The position numbers and the translations under genes were made by a program. From Nitratidesulfovibrio vulgaris str. Hildenborough (GTDB taxonomy: Bacteria > Desulfobacterota > Desulfovibrionia > Desulfovibrionales > Desulfovibrionaceae), in assembly GCF_000195755.1 (NCBI RefSeq), contig NC_002937.3, forward strand, positions 3,210,001-3,242,000: 32,000 bases of DNA, read 5' to 3'. Shown here piece by piece: positions 1-8,420 of the stretch; the stretch's first letter is position 1; each line of letters starts with the position of its first letter. The notes under the pieces were generated by a model that did not search any database, was not told the DNA's origin, and saw nothing but the letters and a program-made list of their open reading frames with translations.

Positions 1-326
1 CCGGCGTCGCGCAGGTCGTCCTCGGCCTCGAAAGAGCTGAGTTCTTCGGGCATGAAGTACACCGGCAACGTCGTGCGCCGCTTGAGGCGTTCCACGAAAT
101 TACGCACCTGCCGCGTGGTCAGGGTCTCCTCCCCGCCGGGAAGACGGGGCAACCCCACCACGAAGGCATCAGGGCACTCAACCTCGACCATGCCGAGAAG
201 TTCGACGAAGAAGGCATCACGCGTCGTCATGGCGATGGTGCGCCGCGGAAAGGCCATGCGCCCTCCCGCATCGGTGACGGCGATGCCGGTACGGCGCTGC
301 CCGTAGTCGATGCCGAGAAACTTCAT
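1..326 (-). CDS. ruvX: YqgF/RuvX-family putative pre-16S rRNA nuclease (Holliday-junction-resolvase-like). Only the 5' part is present; the C-terminus lies beyond the left window edge.
   Basis: Hand translation of the reverse strand from ATG (complement of 324-326) stays open to the window edge: [108 protein letters not shown]. The G-x-D-x-G-x-x-R-x-G-x-A N-terminus, the VVGLP...G.E..T segment and E-x-L-S-x-x-E-A resemble E. coli YqgF as I remember it. It is missing from the ORF track because no stop codon lies inside the window. Confidence 0.75.
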
Positions 327-354
327 GTGCACCCGTCAGGCAAAAGTGGATTCG

Positions 355-393
355 GGAGGAGACGCCACGGCACCGTGCCGTAACGTCCCCTCC
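355..393 (-). terminator. Nested stem-loop between the oxidoreductase stop and the ruvX start. Possible terminator or attenuator.
   Basis: GGAGGAGACG (355-364) pairs with CGTCCCCTCC (384-393) with one mismatch. This encloses ACGGCAC/GTGCCGT (367-381). On the minus strand a short TTTT follows about 8 nt later, so there is no clean U-tract. Confidence 0.3.
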
Positions 394-407
394 GCGCCAG
401 GGTAATG

Positions 408-3400
408 TCAGCCGTCGAGGCCGCTCATGTCCACGGTACGCACGGCCTCGCGACCGAGCGAATCGAGTACGGCCCGACGGAAGTGCCGCCGCCAGTCTTC
501 GCCGTGACGCAACGCCGCCAGCCATTCCACGGTATGCAGCACCGGCCGCTTGTCGCGCAGGGCCAGCAGCGTGCGGGCGATGCCCACCTTGCACGAGGGA
601 CACCCCACCACCACCGGCCCCTGCGGGTCGTAGCTGGCGAAGTCGACTTCGAGGCGCTGGCGCTTGCGGCGACGCAAGCGGTTGTAGATGGAGGGCGAGG
701 TCATGGCCCCCATGCCGGATTCGCCACAGCAACCGGGGTTGACCCGCAGCCTGGCACCGGTGAACGCCCCGAGGGCCTGCGCGTAGATGCCTGCGGCCTT
801 GACCTTGTGCACCCCCGTCCACTCGGCGTGACACGCCGGGTGGTAGAGCACCTCGCGGCCTTCTGCCTTGGTGGTGGCGGGCATGCGTTCCACAAGGAAC
901 TGCACGAGGTCCTTGTGCTGCATCCCACCGCCGAACAGACCGGGCAGTTCATGCCGTGCGAGACCGTCGCGGCACGAACCGCAGGCGGTGATGACGTGGC
1001 TGACCTCGAGGCCCGCAGCACGCGCCTTCTCGATGACAGCCCGCAGCGCCGTGCGGTTGCGGTCGAGGTTCTTCGTGAAACTCTCGTCGGCCCCTGCCGC
1101 CAGCAGCGGATAGCCGCAGCACAGGTGCCTGTCGGGCATCACCACGCCCACGCCCGCTTCGAGCATGAGCATGAGCCCCGCAAGACCGATGTTGCGATAG
1201 AAGAGACTGCCGCCGCATCCGGGGAAGTAGAGTACCGCCTCGGTCGTCCTGTCGCCCTGCGCGGGCACGAAGATGGAACCCTTGTCCAGCCGTACGGCCT
1301 CGGCGAGGTTGTTGTACCCAACCTCCGGCCCCGGCCCTGCGAAGAGCGGGTTGTCCATGCGTTCGCGCCACCCTGCGGGCACCAGTCCCACGAAGCGGTT
1401 CTGCACCTTCTGCCCCACGGCGGCGAGCTTGGCGGCACGCGGAACACGTGCCGCGGGGTCCCCCACCAGCCAGTCGAGCACCCGGCTCTTGATGGGGTGT
1501 CCGCCCGCGCCCTCCTCTTCGACGAAGGCCCTGAGCGCCAGTGCCACCTCGCCGGAGTTGATCTTGACGGGACACACCGCGGCGCACTTGCCGCAACCGG
1601 TACAGTGCTCCATCATGGTCCGTACTTCGGTCAGCAGAAGGGGATCGGGCCTGCCCTTGTTCACCTGCGAGTAGTACACCGCCTCGATGAGCGCACCGAG
1701 GGCGATGTTCTTGTTGCGCGGGTAGTGCTGCAACGACTGCTCGGGGTAGTGCATGGGGCACACCTGCTTGCACTTGCCGCAACGGGTGCAGATCTGCACG
1801 TTGGCGAGCAGGGTGATGAGCCGTTCCTTGTCGGGCAGACCGCTCTGGCGGATGTCCTCGATGAGGCGGTTGAACGAGAAGGTGAACGGACGAACCGGCA
1901 GTTCTCGCTGCGTCAGCTTGGCGGGGTTCAGCACGTTGCGCGGGTCGACGCGGGCCTTGAACTCCTTCAGGGCCTCCATCTTGTCCGCTCGCAGGAAGCC
2001 TATCTTGGTGATGCCGATGCCGTGCTCGCCCGACACCTCGCCACCGAACTCCTGCGCCTTGGACATGACGCGTGCCGCCACCTGCTCCGCATTGTGCAGC
2101 ATCACGGGGTCGTTGGAGTTGACCGGGATGTTGACGTGGCAGTTGCCGTCTCCGGCGTGCATGTGGTTGGCCACGATGATGCGCGTGGCCAGCATGTGGT
2201 CCTTGATGCGCTCGATACGACGGGCGAGGTTGGGGTACTTCTGCCCCAGTTCGCCAAGGAAGACCACCGCGCGAATCTGCATCTCCTCGTCGCTGAGTTC
2301 CGACGCCGAGATGTCACCGCGCCCCGCACGCGAGGCATAGGTGAACTCGCGGTTGATGTCCTTGTCCTCCATCGGCATCCCCTGCAAGCGCCCCACCTCC
2401 TGCAGGGCCGACCGGTAGGCCTGTGCCGAGCACTCGAGGTTGAGCTGTTCGATGAACAGGGCGAAATCGGGGATGGAGTCGGTGGGGATGACCACGTCCT
2501 CGTTGATCTTGAAGCCCGAGGTGCGTCTGGCGATGGCGGAGAGGCGGTGCCTGTCTTCCCAGAAGACCTCGGCCTCCTTCTCGTCGCGTGCCACGAAGGC
2601 ATCCACGTTGTCGTACGGGGTGGCGATGTCCACCACCTCCTGCACGGTGCGGTCGAGCAGGTACTCGTCGTCGCCGTCCATCTGGATGATGAGCACCGAG
2701 ATGGGCTCGCCCTCGTAGACGTCCGACTTCTTGCGGTACTCGATGGCCTGCACGTACTTGGTGCCGAACTCCTCAAGGGCGGAGAACTTCACGTAGTCGC
2801 CATCCTGCCGGATGCGGTCGCGCATGCCGATGACGTCCTTGATGACCAGCATGGCGTTGTGCATGGAGCGTCCGAAGAACTCCAGCACCAGAACCCGCGA
2901 GTACACGGGCTTGCGGTAGAGGGCGAAGCAGGCTTCGGTGATGATGCCGTCCACGCCCTCCTTCTGCACACCGGGCAGACCGCCGAGGGCCTTGTTCGTC
3001 ACGTCCTTGCCAAGGCCGGGCAGGCGTATCTCGTCGCCCCGCAGGTGCACCACGTTGCGCACGCCGCCGCTCACGTCCTTGACCTCGAACACCGCCGTCT
3101 CGTCGGGCAGTATCTTGTGACCGGGGTGATCGGCGCGCTCCACGTCGATGATCTCACCCGTAGGGGTGACCATGCGCCATGAGAGCAGGTTGTCGAGCGT
3201 GGTGCCGTATTCGAAGGCGAACGGCCCGCCGGAGTTCTCGGAGATGTTGCCGCCGATGGTGGACGCCGTCTTGGACGCGGGGTCGACGGTGAAGAGCAGC
3301 CCCTTGGCAGACGCCGCACGGATGGCGTCGTTGGTGATGACGCCCGCCTCGCAGCACAGGCGCAGGGCATCGGTGTCGACACTGGTGATGCGCGTGAGGC

Positions 3401-3971
3401 GGGTGAGGCTCATGATGACCGTGCGCCGACGCGCGGGAACGGCACCGCCGGTGAGACCGGAACCGCCGCCACGCGGGATGATTGCGAACTTCATCTCGTT
3501 GGCGAGACGCACGATGGCACTCACCTGTTCCGCCGTGTCGGGCGCGACCACGAGGATGGGTAGTTCCATGCGAAGGTCGGTGGCGTCGGTGGAATTCTCC
3601 ACCAGCGCAGCGGGGCGGGAGTCGATGCACGCCTTGGGCAGCATCTGCCCCAGACGGCGGATGAGTTCATCGCGGAAGGCCACTTCGGCCTCGTGTGCAC
3701 TCCAGAACATGGTGATGCCTTCACCGATGCTCGTGGCGTAATGGTGGGCGAGAGCCGGTTTTTCGCTCTCGAACCGGGTGCGCACGCTGGTCTTCACGGT
3801 CTCGGCGTCGATGAACGGATTGTAGACGACGAGGAAAAGCTCTTCCGCGATCTCGATGGCAACCTCGCGCACGGCCTCCGGCCAGTCCTCGAACTCGTCG
3901 AGGTTGATGCGGAGCATACGGTTGACCACGAAGTCGGCGGAGATGGAAATATGGGGACCTTTGTGCGGCAT
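408..3971 (-). CDS. Large fused FAD-linked oxidase / Fe-S oxidoreductase: N-terminal extension, GlcD-like FAD domain, 2x[4Fe-4S] ferredoxin motifs and GlcF-like CCG domains. Likely a 2-hydroxyacid (lactate/glycolate-type) dehydrogenase.
   Basis: 1187-aa ORF with GC-rich third codon positions. It has a PCMH-type FAD-binding region (ILVVAPDTAEQVSAIVRLANEMKFAIIPRGGGSGLTGGAVP). It has two CxxCxxCxxxCP motifs (CTRCGKCKQVCP, CTGCGKCAAVCP) and two Cys-rich CCG-type segments (HLCCGYP, NPGCCGESG). The ATG is preceded by GGGAG. Confidence 0.9.
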   Translation of the reverse strand: MPHKGPHISISADFVVNRMLRINLDEFEDWPEAVREVAIEIAEELFLVVYNPFIDAETVKTSVRTRFESEKPALAHHYATSIGEGITMFWSAHEAEVAFRDELIRRLGQMLPKACIDSRPAALVENSTDATDLRMELPILVVAPDTAEQVSAIVRLANEMKFAIIPRGGGSGLTGGAVPARRRTVIMSLTRLTRITSVDTDALRLCCEAGVITNDAIRAASAKGLLFTVDPASKTASTIGGNISENSGGPFAFEYGTTLDNLLSWRMVTPTGEIIDVERADHPGHKILPDETAVFEVKDVSGGVRNVVHLRGDEIRLPGLGKDVTNKALGGLPGVQKEGVDGIITEACFALYRKPVYSRVLVLEFFGRSMHNAMLVIKDVIGMRDRIRQDGDYVKFSALEEFGTKYVQAIEYRKKSDVYEGEPISVLIIQMDGDDEYLLDRTVQEVVDIATPYDNVDAFVARDEKEAEVFWEDRHRLSAIARRTSGFKINEDVVIPTDSIPDFALFIEQLNLECSAQAYRSALQEVGRLQGMPMEDKDINREFTYASRAGRGDISASELSDEEMQIRAVVFLGELGQKYPNLARRIERIKDHMLATRIIVANHMHAGDGNCHVNIPVNSNDPVMLHNAEQVAARVMSKAQEFGGEVSGEHGIGITKIGFLRADKMEALKEFKARVDPRNVLNPAKLTQRELPVRPFTFSFNRLIEDIRQSGLPDKERLITLLANVQICTRCGKCKQVCPMHYPEQSLQHYPRNKNIALGALIEAVYYSQVNKGRPDPLLLTEVRTMMEHCTGCGKCAAVCPVKINSGEVALALRAFVEEEGAGGHPIKSRVLDWLVGDPAARVPRAAKLAAVGQKVQNRFVGLVPAGWRERMDNPLFAGPGPEVGYNNLAEAVRLDKGSIFVPAQGDRTTEAVLYFPGCGGSLFYRNIGLAGLMLMLEAGVGVVMPDRHLCCGYPLLAAGADESFTKNLDRNRTALRAVIEKARAAGLEVSHVITACGSCRDGLARHELPGLFGGGMQHKDLVQFLVERMPATTKAEGREVLYHPACHAEWTGVHKVKAAGIYAQALGAFTGARLRVNPGCCGESGMGAMTSPSIYNRLRRRKRQRLEVDFASYDPQGPVVVGCPSCKVGIARTLLALRDKRPVLHTVEWLAALRHGEDWRRHFRRAVLDSLGREAVRTVDMSGLDG

Positions 3972-4026
3972 TGAGGCGCGCTCCCTCTAGGTTGGAGTGG
4001 GAGGAAGCTGCCGACTATAGGGCCTA

Positions 4027-4040
4027 GCGTTCCGGAACGC
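4027..4040. promoter_or_regulatory. Perfect 14-nt palindrome GCGTTCCGGAACGC upstream of the oxidoreductase gene. Candidate operator.
   Basis: The sequence is self-complementary when read directly. It lies 56-69 nt upstream of the ATG at 3971 (minus strand), inside the 166-bp spacer after the permease stop. Confidence 0.3.
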
Positions 4041-4064
4041 AAGTTGAGCGTGCATTTGGTCGGG

Positions 4065-4100
4065 GTGCCCGGATGCGGTCGGAGTGCCGGATGCGGTCGG
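4065..4100. repeat. Tandem direct repeat, 2 x 18 bp (GTGCCCGGATGCGGTCGG / AGTGCCGGATGCGGTCGG).
   Basis: Read directly from the sequence. It lies in the intergenic spacer between the permease stop (4138) and the oxidoreductase start (3971). Confidence 0.8.
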
Positions 4101-4137
4101 GGCGACCGTGGCCAGCCTTGCAGATTGTCCGCCTTCG

Positions 4138-6135
4138 CTACATCCCGCGCCTGTGCATGAAATACAGTGTCAGCCCCTCGACGAGGACGAAGAGCAACAC
4201 CGGCACGGCCATGAAGACGAGTGTCAGAAGCGCGGCCAGTGAACGGTCTCCCGACTGCAACACCGGAAAGAGGAAACCGGTGAACGAGGGCACCAGCCCG
4301 CCCCCCACGAGGTAGACGAGAAAATAGTCGGAGAAGGCCACGAGAAAGACCACCGACCCGCCCGCCACCACAGCGGGCAGCAGGAGTGGCAGTTCCACGG
4401 CCAGCAGGGTGCGCAACGGCCCCGCCCCCAGATTGGCGGCGCAACGGGCGTAGTCCGGCCCCACGGTCTGCCAGCCGACCATGAGGGCCCGCAGCATATA
4501 CGGAAACGACACCACCGCAAGGACGAGCACCACCGCCACCGTGGTGTCGGCAAGGCCCGACCGGACGAAGACCCCGTACAGTCCGAGGGCGAAGCCCATG
4601 GCGGGCAGCAGGGCCGGGGACAGCAACAGTCCCTCTACCAGCGGGCCGGAAGGCACAAGGCCGAAGGCCAGCGCACGGGCGGGCAGCAGACAGACCACGA
4701 GGCACAACCCCGTGGTGAGCAGGGCATACCAGACCGACCATGCGAGATGTCGCATCACTACGGGCCCATTGTCCATCAGCCAGAGGACGGTACGCGGGCT
4801 GAAATCACGGGGCCACAGGTCGGGCCACGACCACACCGGGGCCGCCACCTGCACCACGAGGGCAAGCAGGGGCAGGACGAACACGGCCACCAGCGCGGCT
4901 GTGACCAGCGCGGGGCGCACACTTTCCTGCGACCGGAAACGGGAATGGGGCAGCCCATGTCCTGTGCGAAGCGTCCCTCCGCTGGCGCGGGGTTCCATCC
5001 TCCCGCCCTGCCCTGCCGCTGGAACCGAAGCACCCTCCGCCCCTGTTGCAGACAGAAACCGCCTCGACAACGACACCTGACGGGCCATGGGCCACTGCCC
5101 CCCCATGGACCACCGTCGCCCACGGACATCCGGCACGGATGCGGCCCGCATGGCGGCCCATCGGCATGCGGACGATAGCAGGTCCCCGGAGTGCCGCCAG
5201 TCCTGTTGCCGACCGGACGGATACCCGTCTTGCATCGGGTCTGACGGCAACCGCCCGTCCTGCGCACGGCCCATGACGCGCCCGGTCAGCAGGCCGGAGA
5301 GACACCGCCCCTCAAGAAAGGCGTACAGGGCGACGACGCCCACCCCGAAGACGAAGAGTGCCGAAAGCAGGGCCATGGCCGCGGGGCGTCCTGCGAAGTC
5401 ACCATGGAAGAAGGCGTTGTAGGCGGCTATGCCCGGCATGACGGGCCGGGTCTCGCCAAGGACGAAGGGCACCTCCACGGCCCCCAGCGCGTAGAGGAAG
5501 AGTATGACGAGACAGACGCGCAATACCGGGGCCACATGGGGCAACACCACGGCACGGAAGGTTCGCCAGCGCCCGCCGCCCAGCATCCGGCCCATCTCCA
5601 CGAGGCGCGGGTCGAGACGCCGCAGCGAGGCGACCACCAGCAACATGACGAAGGGGGTCTCCTTCCAGACATAGGCGATGATCATGCCCCATCCGTCACC
5701 GCCGTAGAGCAATGCCGGAAAGTCGCCCTGCCCCGCTGTCATCCCCAGCGCGTACGACAGCGACGAAAGCACGCCGGACCGGGCGCACACCAGCACCACC
5801 AGCCATGCCACGGCGATGTGCGGCAGGATGAGGGGCACACGCGGCAGAAGCCCTGCCCACTGCCAGCGACGGGGCAACCTCCACACGCCATAGGCAGCCA
5901 CCATGCCCAGCACCACCGAGATGGCGGCAGACAGTCCCGCCACACGAACGCCATAGAGCAGCGAATCCGCCGCCCCGCCGTGCAGCAGGGTGCGCCAGCC
6001 ATACAACGAGAGTCCCCCTTGAGCGCTACCTGCGGGCACCCCTATGCCCAACGACTGCAACGCCGTCAGCATGACGCCTACGGCGAAGGGCAGCAGCAGG
6101 GCGGCCAGTGGGAGCATGGGCAGAAGGCGTCGCAT
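4138..6135 (-). CDS. ABC transporter permease with two fused binding-protein-dependent transmembrane domains (ThiP/FbpB-like architecture), joined by a non-membrane linker of about 130 aa.
   Basis: 665-aa ORF. There are two hydrophobic multi-helix halves, each with an EAA-type loop: ASLRRLDPRLVEMGRMLGGGRWRTFRAVVLP and GPDYARCAANLGAGPLRTLLAVELPLLLP. The linker is polar and Arg/Gly/Ser-rich, at about aa 276-408 (nt 4912-5310). Confidence 0.8.
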   Translation of the reverse strand: MRRLLPMLPLAALLLPFAVGVMLTALQSLGIGVPAGSAQGGLSLYGWRTLLHGGAADSLLYGVRVAGLSAAISVVLGMVAAYGVWRLPRRWQWAGLLPRVPLILPHIAVAWLVVLVCARSGVLSSLSYALGMTAGQGDFPALLYGGDGWGMIIAYVWKETPFVMLLVVASLRRLDPRLVEMGRMLGGGRWRTFRAVVLPHVAPVLRVCLVILFLYALGAVEVPFVLGETRPVMPGIAAYNAFFHGDFAGRPAAMALLSALFVFGVGVVALYAFLEGRCLSGLLTGRVMGRAQDGRLPSDPMQDGYPSGRQQDWRHSGDLLSSACRWAAMRAASVPDVRGRRWSMGGQWPMARQVSLSRRFLSATGAEGASVPAAGQGGRMEPRASGGTLRTGHGLPHSRFRSQESVRPALVTAALVAVFVLPLLALVVQVAAPVWSWPDLWPRDFSPRTVLWLMDNGPVVMRHLAWSVWYALLTTGLCLVVCLLPARALAFGLVPSGPLVEGLLLSPALLPAMGFALGLYGVFVRSGLADTTVAVVLVLAVVSFPYMLRALMVGWQTVGPDYARCAANLGAGPLRTLLAVELPLLLPAVVAGGSVVFLVAFSDYFLVYLVGGGLVPSFTGFLFPVLQSGDRSLAALLTLVFMAVPVLLFVLVEGLTLYFMHRRGM

Positions 6136-6310
6136 ACGGTATCCTTATCGTGCAGGGTAACGGCGGCAGGGCGCGACCGCAAGACGATGCAGCATGGCGA
6201 GACGGATGACCTTATCTACATCCACACGAAGGACAGGCGCTTCGCCGCCACCTTGCCAGCGTCGCCCCGAAACGGTAAGCCCTGCCCCGAAACGCACCAC
6301 CGGAGCCATC

Positions 6311-7222
6311 ATGCCGCAGTACACCGTCTATCTCGCCCCCGCAGGCTACGAACAGGACCTCATCGACGAACTGGGCCCGCGTGTCATCGACGTGCGGGGC
6401 AGGCTCGTACGGGCCTCGGGCGGCCCGCGCCACGCAGCGTGGGCGCAGAACATCTGGCTCGACCCGGTGGAGATGCGCATAGGTTCCATCGGCGATGCGG
6501 CGACACGGCTCAAGGGCATCCAGCGCAACTGGTTCCTGCACGCCGTCGACCACCACCGCCGCGCCGCCCTCATCGCCGGGAAGCTGCCGCATGTGAGTGC
6601 CAGACCCCATGTCTTCGGCACACCGGCCCCCACCGCCCCGCTGGGTTCGTGGACGTTGTGGGAGCATGACCTTGTCATCGCCTCGGCGCGGTGTTCATCG
6701 CCCTTCCCCGACGGCGAGGTGCACTTCGTGGAGAACCGCATCGACCCGCCCACCCGCGCCTACCTCAAACTGTGGGAGACCTTCACCAGACTCGGCGTAC
6801 AGCCCGCCCCCGGTGAGCTGTGCCTCGACATGGGCAGTTGTCCCGGCGGGTGGACATGGGTTCTCGCCGGACTTGGGGCGCGCGTCTTCAGCGTCGACAA
6901 GGCGGACATCGCACCGCACATCGCCGCCATGCCCAACGTGAACTTCTGCACCGGCAGCGCGTTCGGTCTCGACCCGCAGCACGCCGGGGCCGTGGACTGG
7001 TTCTTCTCCGACGTCATCTGCTACCCCGACAGGCTTCTCGCCACCGTGCAACGCTGGCTCGAGCGCGGGCAATGCCGCAACTTCGTCTGCACGCTCAAGT
7101 TCCAGGCGACCACCGACCACGCCACCGCAGCGGCCTTCGCCGCCATACCGGGGTCGCAACTCTTCCACCTTGCCCACAACAAGCACGAACTGACATGGGT
7201 GCTCCTGCGCGACAAGGCGTGA
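6311..7222 (+). CDS. rlmM: RlmM (YgdE)-like SAM-dependent 23S rRNA 2'-O-ribose methyltransferase.
   Basis: I took the start at the internal ATG at 6311 (MPQYTVYLAP), preceded by GGAG. The block TRAYLKLWETF...CLDMGSCPGGWTWVLAGLGARVFSVDKA...WFFSDVICYPDRLLATVQRWLERGQCRNFVCTLKFQ parallels E. coli RlmM (STLKLEEAF...AVDLGACPGGWTYQLV...WMVCDMVEKP...NLKLP), recalled from memory. Confidence 0.75.
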   Translation: MPQYTVYLAPAGYEQDLIDELGPRVIDVRGRLVRASGGPRHAAWAQNIWLDPVEMRIGSIGDAATRLKGIQRNWFLHAVDHHRRAALIAGKLPHVSARPHVFGTPAPTAPLGSWTLWEHDLVIASARCSSPFPDGEVHFVENRIDPPTRAYLKLWETFTRLGVQPAPGELCLDMGSCPGGWTWVLAGLGARVFSVDKADIAPHIAAMPNVNFCTGSAFGLDPQHAGAVDWFFSDVICYPDRLLATVQRWLERGQCRNFVCTLKFQATTDHATAAAFAAIPGSQLFHLAHNKHELTWVLLRDKA

Positions 7223-7430
7223 CGCCCGCAGGGCACGAACGCCGGAAGGCGCACGGCAGGATGACAGCACCCCGCTGACCGCCCACGCCAGCACTCCCGT
7301 CTGGAAGGCATGCGGCCGCACGTCCATCCGGGTCTCACCCGACAAGTACACGCACGGCCAGATGGGCGGTCAGGTGGCCAGACGGGCGGACAGGCGGACG
7401 CGATGGGATGGCATCATGCCGGGGCGTAGC

Positions 7431-7510
7431 CTGATATATCCCGACATATCCTGACGTATCCTGACGTATCCGGGCGCATCCCGACATCCCCGGCACATCC
7501 GGGTGTACCC
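7431..7510. repeat. Degenerate 10-bp tandem repeat, about 8 units (consensus roughly CYGACRTATC).
   Basis: Units in register: ctgatatatc ccgacatatc ctgacgtatc ctgacgtatc cgggcgcatc ccgacatccc cggcacatcc gggtgtaccc. It lies in the convergent spacer between rlmM (ends 7222) and EamA (ends 7533). Confidence 0.75.
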
Positions 7511-7532
7511 CCCGACGCCATCGACGCCAGAC

Positions 7533-8420
7533 CTACCGACGCGACGCGCGTTGCTGCAACAGGTTGCCAAGGACGATGCAGGCAAGGCCAAGCAGCGTCG
7601 TCGGCAGGATGCGCTCGCCAAGCACAAGGCTGATGAGCACCAGCGAAAGGAAGGGCGAGAAGAAGATGAGGTTGCCGATGCGCGCCGCCGAAGATGTCAG
7701 CTTCATGGCCTTCAGCCAGAAGATGAACGACACGCCCATCTCGAAGGCCCCCACGTAGGCGGCAGCGGGCAACCCGCGCAGCGCCTCTCCCGAGAGGGGC
7801 AGCGACGAGAAGGCCAAGGTCGCCCCAAGCACCCATGGCAGCCCGAAGGCGAAACCCAGCGTGAGCCCCAGAACGGGTTCAAGGGCAGAACGGGTGTTGG
7901 CTATCCAGTACAGTGCCCATATGACCGTACTCGCCAGTGCCAGGGCCACGCCATGCAGATTGCCCTCGGCGAGGGTGGCGAGGTCGCCACGGGTGGCGAT
8001 GCACACCACCCCGGCATAACTCACCAGCACGGCGAGGAGTTCACCACGGGTGACGCGATGGCCCAGCAGCGGCACAGAGAGCAACGTGAGGGTGATGGCC
8101 CACGTGTAGTTGACCGGCTGCGCCACCTGTGCGGGCAGCAGCCTGTAGGCTTCGAACAGCACCACATAGTAGAGGAACGGGTTCAGCGCACCAAGCAGTG
8201 CGCTCCGGGCGAGGTCGGCGCGGCACACGGAACCGAGTTCACGCAACCGCCCCTGCCACGCCAGCACGGTCAGCAGCACCAGCAACGAGACGATGGTGGC
8301 CACCAGTAGAAGCTGCAACGGGTCGAGGTGGCGCAACGCCAGCTTGAAGGCCGTGGCCACCGTCGACCATATGCCCACCGTGGCGGCCCCGTACATGTAC
8401 GCCCTGCCCTGATCCGTCAT
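7533..8420 (-). CDS. EamA/DMT-superfamily transporter (10-TM type).
   Basis: The ORF is hydrophobic throughout and has two EamA-like halves. I chose the start at MTDQGRAYMYGAATVGIWS (complement of 8418-8420) because GGGAGG sits 5 nt upstream. The ORF-track start at 8447 lacks an SD. Confidence 0.8.
   Translation of the reverse strand: MTDQGRAYMYGAATVGIWSTVATAFKLALRHLDPLQLLLVATIVSLLVLLTVLAWQGRLRELGSVCRADLARSALLGALNPFLYYVVLFEAYRLLPAQVAQPVNYTWAITLTLLSVPLLGHRVTRGELLAVLVSYAGVVCIATRGDLATLAEGNLHGVALALASTVIWALYWIANTRSALEPVLGLTLGFAFGLPWVLGATLAFSSLPLSGEALRGLPAAAYVGAFEMGVSFIFWLKAMKLTSSAARIGNLIFFSPFLSLVLISLVLGERILPTTLLGLACIVLGNLLQQRASRR

Noticed and set aside
405-3182. 925-aa ORF on the + strand, the second-longest ORF in the window.
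   Set aside because: It lies entirely antisense to the 1187-aa oxidoreductase ORF, which has unmistakable FAD, Fe-S and CCG motifs. The antisense translation is His/Gly/Val/Arg-rich with no motifs. Long stop-free antisense frames are expected opposite genes with GC-rich third codon positions.
3794-4741. 315-aa minus-strand ORF overlapping the permease 3' end, the spacer and the oxidoreductase 5' end.
   Set aside because: It is an alternative frame of real genes that runs across an intergenic spacer. Its composition is Arg/Gly/Pro-rich and low-complexity. There is no SD and no motifs.
5404-6669. 421-aa + strand ORF.
   Set aside because: It is antisense to the permease and then out of frame with rlmM. 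The translation is His/Gln/Arg/Gly-rich and not protein-like. This is a high-GC shadow ORF.
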